From positions 1 through 64,000 of the forward strand of contig OZ241875.1 of assembly GCA_965203325.1 (NCBI GenBank): DNA of 64,000 bases. The letters are read 5' to 3'. Numbering within the stretch: the first letter of the stretch is position 1; every line of letters begins with the position of its first letter. The position numbers and the translations under genes were made by a program. Source of the DNA: a bacterium. GTDB lineage: Bacteria; UBA8248. The notes beneath the pieces are model-generated. The model was not told where the DNA came from. It searched no databases and saw only the letters and a list, made by a program, of their open reading frames with translations. Shown here piece by piece: positions 47,926 through 56,624 of the stretch.

Positions 47926-48969
47926 TTGGCCTCGGGCCGAAAAAAGCCGAAGAGTTCTCTGGCAGCGCTCTCCGATGTCCAAAACGCGCCGACGCAACCC
48001 GTATACCTTTTGGAAGGCAAAGACTCTTTTTTGCGGGATGAATACCTGCGCGTCATTCGACGCAAGGTTCTTGGCGACGGGCCGGATGATTTCACCCATG
48101 ACCGTTTCGACTGGGCCGAGGCCGATGCGCCCGCCATCATCACCATCGCCCAGACGATGCCGTTTATGGCGGAGAAGCGCCTCATTGAAATCCTCAATTT
48201 CACCAGGCCGGGCGAGAGAGATGAGTCCATCTTCCTCTCTTATCTCGAGAACCCATCCGCGTCCACGGTTCTGGTCTTTTGCGTGGAAAACGTCGACATG
48301 CGCACCACTTTCTTCCAGCGCCTGGTTAAGGCGAGCGCGCATTGTCGGGTGGATATCCTGGAGGGGGAGGAATTAAAGAAATGGCTTCACGGGCGCGCCG
48401 TGGAGTTGGGGTTCGAGTTGCGGCCGGAGGCCGCCGATATGTTGGTCGCTATGGTCAAACCCTCCATGATGAGGCTCAGCACCGAACTCGAGAAAATCGC
48501 TTCCTATTTGATGCCGGGAACGGTGGCCGGTGCGGAGGAGATTCGCGAAATCGTCGGCCACTCCAGAGAAGAATTGCTGTATAAGCTGGGTGATTCACTC
48601 AGCCAGGGGAGTTTGGGTGGAACCCTCGCTCTCTTGCGCCGGATGATGGAAACCGAACATCCCGTCGTTTTCATCGGGTTGTTGCGCAATTTGATTCGGC
48701 GTTGGACGATTTCAAAGTCCTTGATTAGAAGTGGCCGGGGCGCCCAGGGAATCTCTCAGACGCTGGGTCTGCAGCCCTTTGTGGCGAGGAGGCTCGAGAG
48801 TCAGGTGAGGGGATTGCGTTCCGCTTACTTGCGCGAGTTATACGGGAAGCTGCTTCAGGTGGACCGCAAGCTCAAGCGGACGAGCGACATGAAGGTCGCC
48901 CGTCAGACGCTGGAATTGTTTTTGGTGGATGTGCGATCCTCCAGAAGCGGGCCGCACAAGGTTGTTTAG
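47926..48969 (+). CDS. holA: DNA polymerase III delta subunit
   Basis: PVYLLEG, QTMPFMAEKRL, ELEKI and DRKLK. Conserved lptE-holA-rpsT context. Confidence 0.9.
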   Translation: MASGRKKPKSSLAALSDVQNAPTQPVYLLEGKDSFLRDEYLRVIRRKVLGDGPDDFTHDRFDWAEADAPAIITIAQTMPFMAEKRLIEILNFTRPGERDESIFLSYLENPSASTVLVFCVENVDMRTTFFQRLVKASAHCRVDILEGEELKKWLHGRAVELGFELRPEAADMLVAMVKPSMMRLSTELEKIASYLMPGTVAGAEEIREIVGHSREELLYKLGDSLSQGSLGGTLALLRRMMETEHPVVFIGLLRNLIRRWTISKSLIRSGRGAQGISQTLGLQPFVARRLESQVRGLRSAYLRELYGKLLQVDRKLKRTSDMKVARQTLELFLVDVRSSRSGPHKVV

Positions 48970-49227
48970 TTATTTCGAAGAGGCCGCATGAACCCGCTTG
49001 GCCAATCTTCCCGCGTGTCTCGACGCTGTTTTTTTGTGGATAATTCCTTTGGTGGCTGCGCGATCCAATTGCGACTGGGCTTTTCTCAGCAACTCTTCAG
49101 GGTTTTCTTCGCTATTCACCAGGACTTGTTTGATGGTATTGCGAAATTGAGTCCGAATAGCGCGGTTTCTGGCGCGGCGAACGATATTCTGGCGATTGCG
49201 CTTCTTGGCCGAACGAATATGTGGCAA
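48970..49227 (-). CDS. rpsT: 30S ribosomal protein S20
   Basis: HIRSAKKRNRQ..RRARN and LDRAATKGIIHK. Confidence 0.96.
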   Translation of the reverse strand: MPHIRSAKKRNRQNIVRRARNRAIRTQFRNTIKQVLVNSEENPEELLRKAQSQLDRAATKGIIHKKTASRHAGRLAKRVHAASSK

Positions 49228-49290
49228 TTTGTTTCATTCTCCGTAAAGATGGTTGAAATGTCTCTCTTGAGGCTGTTCCGCAGCCCCGGT

Positions 49291-49318
49291 AAAATACCAC
49301 GGAACAAAGGGTTGTCAA
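49291..49318 (-). promoter_or_regulatory. Putative sigma70 promoter for rpsT
   Basis: TTGACA-N16-TATTTT with an extended -10 TG. Confidence 0.55.
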
Positions 49319-49345
49319 GCTCACCGCCCTGGTGTCAGGAACCCT

Positions 49346-51025
49346 GTGACCACGCCACCTGAATCCTCTAATCCGGGACGAGAAGAAAATACTTTTGCCG
49401 CTGCGCCGGCAGGGAATGGCGATTCCTCGCCGGAAGAGAGTATTTCCAGGTTTGCGGGTCCCGTCAGCCTGGCCACTCTCCTCAGTCGCGTTGCGGGTTT
49501 TTTCCGGGATTTGCTCATCGCCAAATTTTTTGGCGCCGCGATGATGGCCGATGCCTTTTTCGTCGCATTTGCGATTCCCAATCTTTTCAGGCGCATGTTC
49601 ATGGAAGGGGCTCTGAGCTCCTCGTTTCTTCCTGTTTACTCCGATGTGCGAGAGCAATCCGGGATCAAAGAAGCAAAAAAATTCGCCGGCGGCATGTTGG
49701 TGTTTCTCATCTTCGCGGGGAGTGCGGGTTGCGCGATAGGGATTTGGTTCGCTGACCCTTTGATGAGAGTGCTGGCGCCTGGTTTTTCGAGCAACCCGGA
49801 AAAACTGGATCTCGCGGCGCAACTCACCAGAATTATGTTTCCGTTCATTATTTTTATCGGCCTGTGGGCGGTCGCAGCCGGTATGTTGAACGCGGCGCGC
49901 CGCTTTTTCGTGCCCGCTTTCGCACCCGCGCTCCAGAACGTGGTTATCATCTTTGCTCTTTTGCTGGCGGATTTTTGGGCAAACAGGGCGGAAGCCATCC
50001 GCTGGCTCGCCTGGGCCGTCGTCATTGGCGGGGCGGCGCAATTTTTCTTCCAACTCCCCTTCATGGGGAAATTACGAATTTTACCGCTTCCCTCTATTCC
50101 TTGGAGGGTGGAGGGTGTCGGTCGATGTCTGGCGCTGATGGGGCCGGCGGCTCTAGGAGGTGTTGTTTTTCAGGTCAATGTTCTCGTTGACAGGTGGCTG
50201 GCTTCGTTCCTGGCGGAAGGCTCCATTTCTTATCTCTACTATGCGAACCGATTGGTTCAGCTCCCTCATGGCATATTGAGTCTCGCGGTGGTGTCCGCCG
50301 TTTTGCCGGTTTTGGCTGATTATGCGGCGCAAAACAGGGAAAATTCCGCATCTGGAGATTCCGAGCGGGGCGCCATGCTCGAGGCGGGGAGGTTGACCCT
50401 GTTCATCACCATTCCCTCTTCATTCGGCCTGATGGTTTTGGCCCACCCGATCATGGAGGTTATTTTCGAGCGGGGCGCCTTTACGCAAACCCATACCGCT
50501 GCGAGCGCAGCCGCGCTGCGGGCTTATGCGGCGGGGTTGATGTTTTTCGGGATCACGAGACTTTTGGCCGGGGTGTTTCACGCTCGATTGAACACGAGTT
50601 TTCCGGTGAAGTGCGCCAATATCGCTGTCCTCGCCAACGTGGCCCTCAGCGTCGCCCTGATGTTCCCTCTCGGGTTTATCGGCCTCGCGCTCGCCACGTC
50701 GTGCTCAAGCGCCTTAAACGCGGTGCTGTTACTGCGAGGCGTCATGCGCGAGTGGAGCGATTTTCCGAAAAGGGAGTTGGCTCATTCCCTGAGCAGGCTT
50801 CTGGGGCTTGGAATCTTGACGGGGGTTCTCGCATATTTCGTTCATCTTCAACTCGTTCATCTGCAATTGTGGGATGCGCAGCACTCGTCGGCCCTCAAAT
50901 TGGCGATGATGATGCTCGAGGTATCCATGGCCGCCTGCTTCTATATTTTCATGGCGAAAAAAATCGATGCTTCTTCGTATGAAACCTGGCGCCGTTTCAC
51001 TCGCCTCACATGGAGAAAATCCTGA
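49346..51025 (+). CDS. murJ: Lipid II flippase MurJ
   Basis: SRVAGFFRD, ADAFFVAFAIPNLFRR..EG and LYYANRLVQLP. Confidence 0.95.
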   Translation: MTTPPESSNPGREENTFAAAPAGNGDSSPEESISRFAGPVSLATLLSRVAGFFRDLLIAKFFGAAMMADAFFVAFAIPNLFRRMFMEGALSSSFLPVYSDVREQSGIKEAKKFAGGMLVFLIFAGSAGCAIGIWFADPLMRVLAPGFSSNPEKLDLAAQLTRIMFPFIIFIGLWAVAAGMLNAARRFFVPAFAPALQNVVIIFALLLADFWANRAEAIRWLAWAVVIGGAAQFFFQLPFMGKLRILPLPSIPWRVEGVGRCLALMGPAALGGVVFQVNVLVDRWLASFLAEGSISYLYYANRLVQLPHGILSLAVVSAVLPVLADYAAQNRENSASGDSERGAMLEAGRLTLFITIPSSFGLMVLAHPIMEVIFERGAFTQTHTAASAAALRAYAAGLMFFGITRLLAGVFHARLNTSFPVKCANIAVLANVALSVALMFPLGFIGLALATSCSSALNAVLLLRGVMREWSDFPKRELAHSLSRLLGLGILTGVLAYFVHLQLVHLQLWDAQHSSALKLAMMMLEVSMAACFYIFMAKKIDASSYETWRRFTRLTWRKS

Positions 51026-51996
51026 GCAATGGGGAGCATGCGGTGAGGAAGGAAAAGTTTTTGACTGAAGAGCACGAAAAAAATAATCCGGTTTCGCTGG
51101 ATACGAGCCTGGTCGATATTTTAAGGACTTTCAGGGATTTCCTTCTTATCGAGCGCCGCCGTGCGGTGAACACCGTCGAGAGTTACGGGCGCGACGTCGA
51201 ATCGTTTTTCTGTTGGCTCCAGGAAAACGGGGACGTTTCACCGGCGAATTGGTCGAAGAACATCGTCATTGATTATCTCAAGGATAAGCGGGAGAAGGGG
51301 AAATCGGACACCACGCTGCGGCGGCACCTGGCGTCCATTCGCGCGCTCGCCAGATTGTTGGTTCGCGACGGGTACGCAAAGGAGGATTTTACGGCGGACA
51401 TTGCGCAACCTGCAAAATGGAAGCGTTTGCCCAAGACCCTTTCGCAAGAAGAGATGTCAAAGATTTTGCTGGCGCCTGACGGCAAAACACCGCAGGCGGT
51501 GCGGGACAAGGCGATGTTCGAGCTTTTGTACGCCACCGGCATGCGCGTCAGTGAGATCATTCGACTCAAACTCAACCAGATTGAACTTGAATCGGGTTTT
51601 TGCATTGTTCACGGAAAGGGAGATAAGTCCCGGCTTGTTCCCATAGGAGATGAAGCGAAAGATATGCTTGCGGATTATCTTGGCGCCGCTCGACAAAGTC
51701 TGCTACGCGCCCGGAAATCGGATTATGTATTTCTCACGGGCCGGGGAGGACCCATGACCCGGCAAGCTTTTTGGGCGCGGGTCAAGAGATGGGCCAAAGA
51801 AGCAGGCGTGGGCAAAAGCGTGAGTCCCCATGTGTTTCGACACAGCTTTGCAACTCATTTGCTCAATCACGGGGCCGATCTGCGGGCCGTTCAGGCGATG
51901 CTCGGGCATTCGGATATTTCCACCACCGAGGTCTACACGCATGTTGATAGGCAAAAACTGCGGGGACTCTTGGACAAGAGCCACCCGAGGGGGTAG
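51010..51996 (+). CDS. xerD: Tyrosine recombinase XerD
   Basis: LPKTLS, YATGMRVSE, GKGDK.RLVP, MTRQAFW, SPHVFRHSFATHLL and LGHSDISTTEVYTH. Start may be downstream (e.g. TTG 51061). Confidence 0.92.
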   Translation: MEKILSNGEHAVRKEKFLTEEHEKNNPVSLDTSLVDILRTFRDFLLIERRRAVNTVESYGRDVESFFCWLQENGDVSPANWSKNIVIDYLKDKREKGKSDTTLRRHLASIRALARLLVRDGYAKEDFTADIAQPAKWKRLPKTLSQEEMSKILLAPDGKTPQAVRDKAMFELLYATGMRVSEIIRLKLNQIELESGFCIVHGKGDKSRLVPIGDEAKDMLADYLGAARQSLLRARKSDYVFLTGRGGPMTRQAFWARVKRWAKEAGVGKSVSPHVFRHSFATHLLNHGADLRAVQAMLGHSDISTTEVYTHVDRQKLRGLLDKSHPRG

Positions 51997-52019
51997 GAAA
52001 TAAAAATAAAGTTCTTTTG

Positions 52020-52048
52020 TTGACGCCTGAAATTCTGGGGCGTACGAT
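52020..52048 (+). promoter_or_regulatory. Putative sigma70 promoter for the phoH operon
   Basis: TTGACG-N17-TACGAT after an A-tract. Confidence 0.6.
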
Positions 52049-52130
52049 CAAATGGCGCATGGAGCTTGGATTTTCTTTTCGAAAGACGACACATGCAAAT
52101 ACGGGGAGCCTGAATCTTTTGGCGACAAGG

Positions 52131-53075
52131 ATGGCTGCAAGCCCGCTGGCCGGGCCGGATAGGCTGGTTCATATCATTGGGAATCGGGATGAATCTCTCA
52201 AGGCCGTAGAGAGGGCGTTTGACGTAAAAATCAGACTTGCGTCAGAGGGGTTCGTCGTTGAAGGCCCGCCCGATGCCGCCGAGAAGGCCCGACTGTTCCT
52301 GGATGAGTTGACGGAATGCGTGGAGGAAGGATTTCGGTTCGATCCGTTGAACGTCAAGACGCTGGCTCAGGCCGTTGCGGTTGAGCAAGACGTTACGCTT
52401 CGTTCCCTGGTGACGAATCGGATATCGGTTTCATCGAAGAAACGATACGTCGTTCCCAAGGGCCCGGTCCAGAGTGAATACATCAGGGCGATTCGTGAAA
52501 AAGGGGTGACATTCGGAATCGGGCCGGCCGGAACGGGGAAAACCTATCTGGCCATGGCTTTGGCGGTTTCCGGATTACTGGAGAAGGCATACGCTCGTAT
52601 TGTGTTGACGAGGCCGGTTGTGGAGGCAGGCGAGAAGCTCGGGTTTTTACCTGGTGATTTGCAGGAGAAGGTGAACCCATATCTCAGGCCGCTGTTTGAC
52701 GCGCTGAACGATATGGTGGAATTCGAACGGGTGGAGCGTTTCATTCAAAGGGGTGAGATAGAGATAGCGCCGCTCGCATATATGAGGGGCCGTTCGCTGA
52801 ATGATTCTTTCATCATATTGGATGAAGCGCAGAACACGACGCCCGAGCAGATGAAAATGTTCCTCACCCGCCTCGGCACCCGGAGCAAAGCGGTCGTGAC
52901 GGGGGACATTACGCAAATCGATTTGCCCGAAACCTCCGGCTGCGGGCTGATTCACGCTCAAGACGTCTTGGGAGATTTAGAAGAGGTTTCTTTCGTCTAT
53001 TTCAGCGAACGAGATGTGGTTCGCACGCAATTGGTGAGAAAAATCGTTTCTGCATACGAGGCCCACAGTTTATAG
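52131..53075 (+). CDS. PhoH-family ATPase (YbeZ-like)
   Basis: GPAGTGKT, RPVVEAGEKLGFLPG, YMRGRSL, LDEAQN and TGDITQIDL. Start uncertain (52119 or 52131). Confidence 0.93.
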   Translation: MAASPLAGPDRLVHIIGNRDESLKAVERAFDVKIRLASEGFVVEGPPDAAEKARLFLDELTECVEEGFRFDPLNVKTLAQAVAVEQDVTLRSLVTNRISVSSKKRYVVPKGPVQSEYIRAIREKGVTFGIGPAGTGKTYLAMALAVSGLLEKAYARIVLTRPVVEAGEKLGFLPGDLQEKVNPYLRPLFDALNDMVEFERVERFIQRGEIEIAPLAYMRGRSLNDSFIILDEAQNTTPEQMKMFLTRLGTRSKAVVTGDITQIDLPETSGCGLIHAQDVLGDLEEVSFVYFSERDVVRTQLVRKIVSAYEAHSL

Positions 53076-53174
53076 GCGAGTTCTCCGAAGAGCGCTTGCA
53101 ATGCCGGGGGCGTTCACATATAGCCGATACGTCCACGATCCCTTCATAGCTGAAGGATTCTGGAGGTTGATCGC

Positions 53175-55664
53175 GTGATCCATCGAGCCGGCGTCGGGAA
53201 AACTGCCGGAAAACCCAAAAACATCTTTTTGCGTCTACTGGCGTCGGCGAGACGGTCGCTCGTGGATTGCGCCCTGGCGTTTGCCAACACGAGGGCTTAT
53301 CCATGGATTCTGGGCGGAACGCTCGCCGTTGTGCTCTCGTTTCTGCTCACAACCGATCTTTCGGCGCCACGCGTGTCTTTCGAGGTGGGCGATGTCGTTC
53401 CCAGGGACATTAAAGCTCCGCAAGATATGCGCGTGGTCGATCCCATCGCCACGAATGCGAAGCGCCAGGCAGCCAGAGAAAAAGTCCTGCCTCGTTACGA
53501 TATTGACACCCAACTTTCACAAGTTGTCCTTACCAGGTTGAATGGCGCATTTGAATCCATTCAACGGTCGGTAGACAAAGAACTTGAGAAAGTAAAAGCC
53601 GAGCAATTGAAGAAACGGGCCAAGCAGAAGAGCCGGACTATTTTCTCCGAGTCGGAAGCATATCGGGAAATGTACGCTACTCCCACATTCGTCAAGGCCG
53701 AGAGCGCCTTTCACAAGCTCGTGGGAGATAAGGTTCCGAAGGAATTGGCCGTTTGGTTGAGAAACGAGAGGTTCGCGAACTGGATTCGGGAAGATATCTC
53801 CAAATTGTTGAAGGCGGCGTATGCGCATCAAATCGTGAGTGACAAGCAATTATACGCCACCCATGCGGCGAAAGGGATTACGGCGCGTGACATTAGGACA
53901 GGGAATCGCGTTTCCGTCAGCCGGTCTGTGAATCCCCTGGAGCTAAGGCAGGTAGATACATTACTCAAACAAGAAGCTCGAAAAATACTTCCCCAACAAA
54001 TGCCTCAGAAAGTCGGGGCTTTGCTAATTGCTCAAACCTTGAAAATGATTCGACCGACGCTGACATTCAACAACAGGGCGACACTTGAGAGCAGAGAAAA
54101 GGTTGCAGCCTCCGTCCCCCCTGTTTCCGAGGTGCTCAAGCAAGGGGAGATGATCGTTCGCGAGGGAGAACGTTTGAGCGAAGGACAAATTGTAAAACTC
54201 AAGAGTTTGCAGAAAATCTACCGACAAAGTCATGTGATAGGCAATTTCACCGGCACGGCTTTGGTGGTTTTCATTCTCCTCATTCTGGCATGGGTTTGTG
54301 TGCAGAAATACGATGTGAGTTTTTTGTCATCGCAAAAAAACGTCACACTTTTTGTAATACTGCTTTTGAGCCAAGCCGTTTTGCTGAAATTGGGCATTCT
54401 CTTTAGCGAAGTGTTGCATGAAACTTTCCGGGGGATCCCACTCCACTCGTTTTACTATATCATTCCATTTTGCTCCGCTTCTCTTCTTGCCGCCGTTTTG
54501 CTGGGACGCTCATCGGCGGTATTGATGGCAGTTTTCTCCGCCGTTCTGACCGGACTGATTTTGCCGAATCACATCAATTTCAGCCTCGTCGCCCTCGGCG
54601 GCGGCGTGCTGGCGGCCATCCGATGGAAAGAATATCGGCGCAGGACTTCCGTGCTCATCGTGGCGTTCATCCTGGGTTTGTTGGGCGCTGCGCTCGCCCT
54701 GGGTTTCAATATGCAAGAGGGTTTCAGCGCCGCAATCACGCAGTGGACGGATATTCCCATCGCCTTGCTCGGCGGCCTTTCGAACGTCATCATCGTCGCG
54801 GGGGCCATGCCCCTGCTCGAGTCGATTTTCAAACTCACGACCGATATGCGTCTTCTGGAGTTGGCCGACCAGAATCACCCGCTATTGAGAAAGATGGTCG
54901 TCAGCGCGCCGGGCACCTATCACCACAGCCTTCTTGTAGGCAACCTGGCGGAGGAGGCGTCCGAGGCGATCGGCGCGAACCCGCTTCTGACCCGTGTAGG
55001 TGCGTATTTCCACGATATCGGCAAGATGATGAAACCGGAATATTTCATCGAAAACCAGGGGCGGGAAAACCGTCACGATAGACTGAAGCCCAACATGAGT
55101 GCGCTCATCCTGGTCAGCCATGTAAAAGAGGGAGTGGAACTCGCCAAAAGCCATCAACTGCCCAAAGAGATTATCGATTTGATTCAGCAACATCATGGCA
55201 CATCCTTGATTCGGTTCTTTTACGAGAAAGCGAAGAAGGAAAATGGGGATAGCGTGACAGAAGAGTTTTTCCGCTACCCGGGGCCAAGACCTCAGACGAG
55301 AGAGGCGGGCATCCTGATGCTGGCTGATATGGTGGAGGCATCGTCGCACTCGCTTTCGGATCATTCTCATGGGCGCCTCACCGCTTTGGTAGATAGAATT
55401 GTCCAGAGTGCTTTTGCAGAGGGGCAATTGGACAATTGCAGCCTCACGCTCAGGGATTTGAGCAACATTCAAAACGCCTTCATGCGTGTTTTGGTTGGTA
55501 TTCATCATCACCGGATTCATTATCCAGGGCAGGAAGACGCTCCTAAGAAAGGAGCTGCGAATGGAAGTCCTCATCAAAAACCAGCAAAAGCTGTTCGCGC
55601 TGGATCACAAAGCGCTGAAGCAACGTTTGGAAGTCATACGGAAAGCTCTCCGGTCCGGAGATGA
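53175..55664 (+). CDS. 7TM-HD phosphohydrolase (PgpH-like)
   Basis: Large extracytoplasmic domain and TM bundle. APGTYHHS, YFHDIGK, HHGT, YPGPRPQ and MLAD. Confidence 0.92.
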   Translation: MIHRAGVGKTAGKPKNIFLRLLASARRSLVDCALAFANTRAYPWILGGTLAVVLSFLLTTDLSAPRVSFEVGDVVPRDIKAPQDMRVVDPIATNAKRQAAREKVLPRYDIDTQLSQVVLTRLNGAFESIQRSVDKELEKVKAEQLKKRAKQKSRTIFSESEAYREMYATPTFVKAESAFHKLVGDKVPKELAVWLRNERFANWIREDISKLLKAAYAHQIVSDKQLYATHAAKGITARDIRTGNRVSVSRSVNPLELRQVDTLLKQEARKILPQQMPQKVGALLIAQTLKMIRPTLTFNNRATLESREKVAASVPPVSEVLKQGEMIVREGERLSEGQIVKLKSLQKIYRQSHVIGNFTGTALVVFILLILAWVCVQKYDVSFLSSQKNVTLFVILLLSQAVLLKLGILFSEVLHETFRGIPLHSFYYIIPFCSASLLAAVLLGRSSAVLMAVFSAVLTGLILPNHINFSLVALGGGVLAAIRWKEYRRRTSVLIVAFILGLLGAALALGFNMQEGFSAAITQWTDIPIALLGGLSNVIIVAGAMPLLESIFKLTTDMRLLELADQNHPLLRKMVVSAPGTYHHSLLVGNLAEEASEAIGANPLLTRVGAYFHDIGKMMKPEYFIENQGRENRHDRLKPNMSALILVSHVKEGVELAKSHQLPKEIIDLIQQHHGTSLIRFFYEKAKKENGDSVTEEFFRYPGPRPQTREAGILMLADMVEASSHSLSDHSHGRLTALVDRIVQSAFAEGQLDNCSLTLRDLSNIQNAFMRVLVGIHHHRIHYPGQEDAPKKGAANGSPHQKPAKAVRAGSQSAEATFGSHTESSPVRR

Positions 55665-56043
55665 CGGGTTCAGCGTCGTATTCATTCGAGACGAGGAGAT
55701 GCGGGCGTTAAATTCTCGATATCGGCGGGAAGATGAAACAACGGATGTCTTGGCTTTCCCGCCGGCTGATTTCTTTCCGTTCGTGGGTGAACAAAAAGGG
55801 GAAGAGACATTTTTAGGAGAAGTGGTCATCTGCGTGGATGAGGTGCTTCGCCAGGCGGAGGCCGAGGCGGTGGATTACGGAGTCTTGGCGGAGCGTCTGC
55901 TCGTACATGGCTTTCTGCACCTCAAGGGGTATGACCATTACACGGAGTCTGAATCTGCGCGCATGGGTGAGGAAGAAAAAAGAGTAGCCTTTCTGCTTGA
56001 CGGAGGATGGCTCTATCGGCAAAAGCGAGAAAATGGCGAATAG
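55561..56043 (+). CDS. ybeY: rRNA maturation endoribonuclease YbeY
   Basis: LNSRYR..TDVLAF, LGEVVI and HGFLHLKGYDH. ATG 55561 follows AAGGAG. Confidence 0.93.
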   Translation: MEVLIKNQQKLFALDHKALKQRLEVIRKALRSGDDGFSVVFIRDEEMRALNSRYRREDETTDVLAFPPADFFPFVGEQKGEETFLGEVVICVDEVLRQAEAEAVDYGVLAERLLVHGFLHLKGYDHYTESESARMGEEEKRVAFLLDGGWLYRQKRENGE

Positions 56044-56223
56044 ATAACTGGGGGTGCATAGCACAGGAATTTTGCGTCAATCGCACATTGTTTCTCGTTG
56101 GAGAGAACTTAATCTCTTGCCCGTTCTCGTTGGGGTGAGGGTGATTTCCGGGAATTCAGAAACGGCCTGCAATCGAATCCGCCCCGATTTTGAAATCTGA
56201 AACCTGATGGACTTGGTAGTGAT

Positions 56224-56622
56224 ATGGGTAGCCTTCGACTCATCATCGGCTTGATTTTGGCATTGGCGATATCGAGCTTCGGCGTCATCAACATGAAGCC
56301 GGTGACCGTTGCCTATTATCAGGGCAGCGTCAACTTGCCTCTTTTTTATGTTCTGTTGGCCGTGTTTGTATGCGGGTTCATGGTGGCATGGTTTGGCGGG
56401 GCATTGGACAGATTGAAGTTCAGGAGTCAGATAGGAAAATTAAAGCGGGAAGTCAAGACGCTGGAGAATAATCTGGATGAGGCGCGGGAGCAAAGCGGCA
56501 AGCTTCTTACGATGGGAAATACGCAAATCGATGAATCCGTCACCGCACGTGATGAGCCCACGTCAAAAACGGATTCGAAGTCTCAGATCAGCCTGTCCCC
56601 CCGCGAATCGAAGGCGGAATAG
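56224..56622 (+). CDS. LapA-domain membrane protein
   Basis: Two TM segments around F...N..PV.V...LPL, followed by a coiled coil. Confidence 0.7.
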   Translation: MGSLRLIIGLILALAISSFGVINMKPVTVAYYQGSVNLPLFYVLLAVFVCGFMVAWFGGALDRLKFRSQIGKLKREVKTLENNLDEAREQSGKLLTMGNTQIDESVTARDEPTSKTDSKSQISLSPRESKAE

Positions 56623-56624
56623 GC

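Noticed and set aside
51010..51996. Tyrosine recombinase as a prophage or island integrase
   Set aside because: XerD-specific motifs, housekeeping context, and no att sites or cargo.
56044..56223. Intergenic region before the LapA-like gene as an ncRNA or riboswitch
   Set aside because: No recognisable conserved motif by eye. A covariance-model search would be needed.
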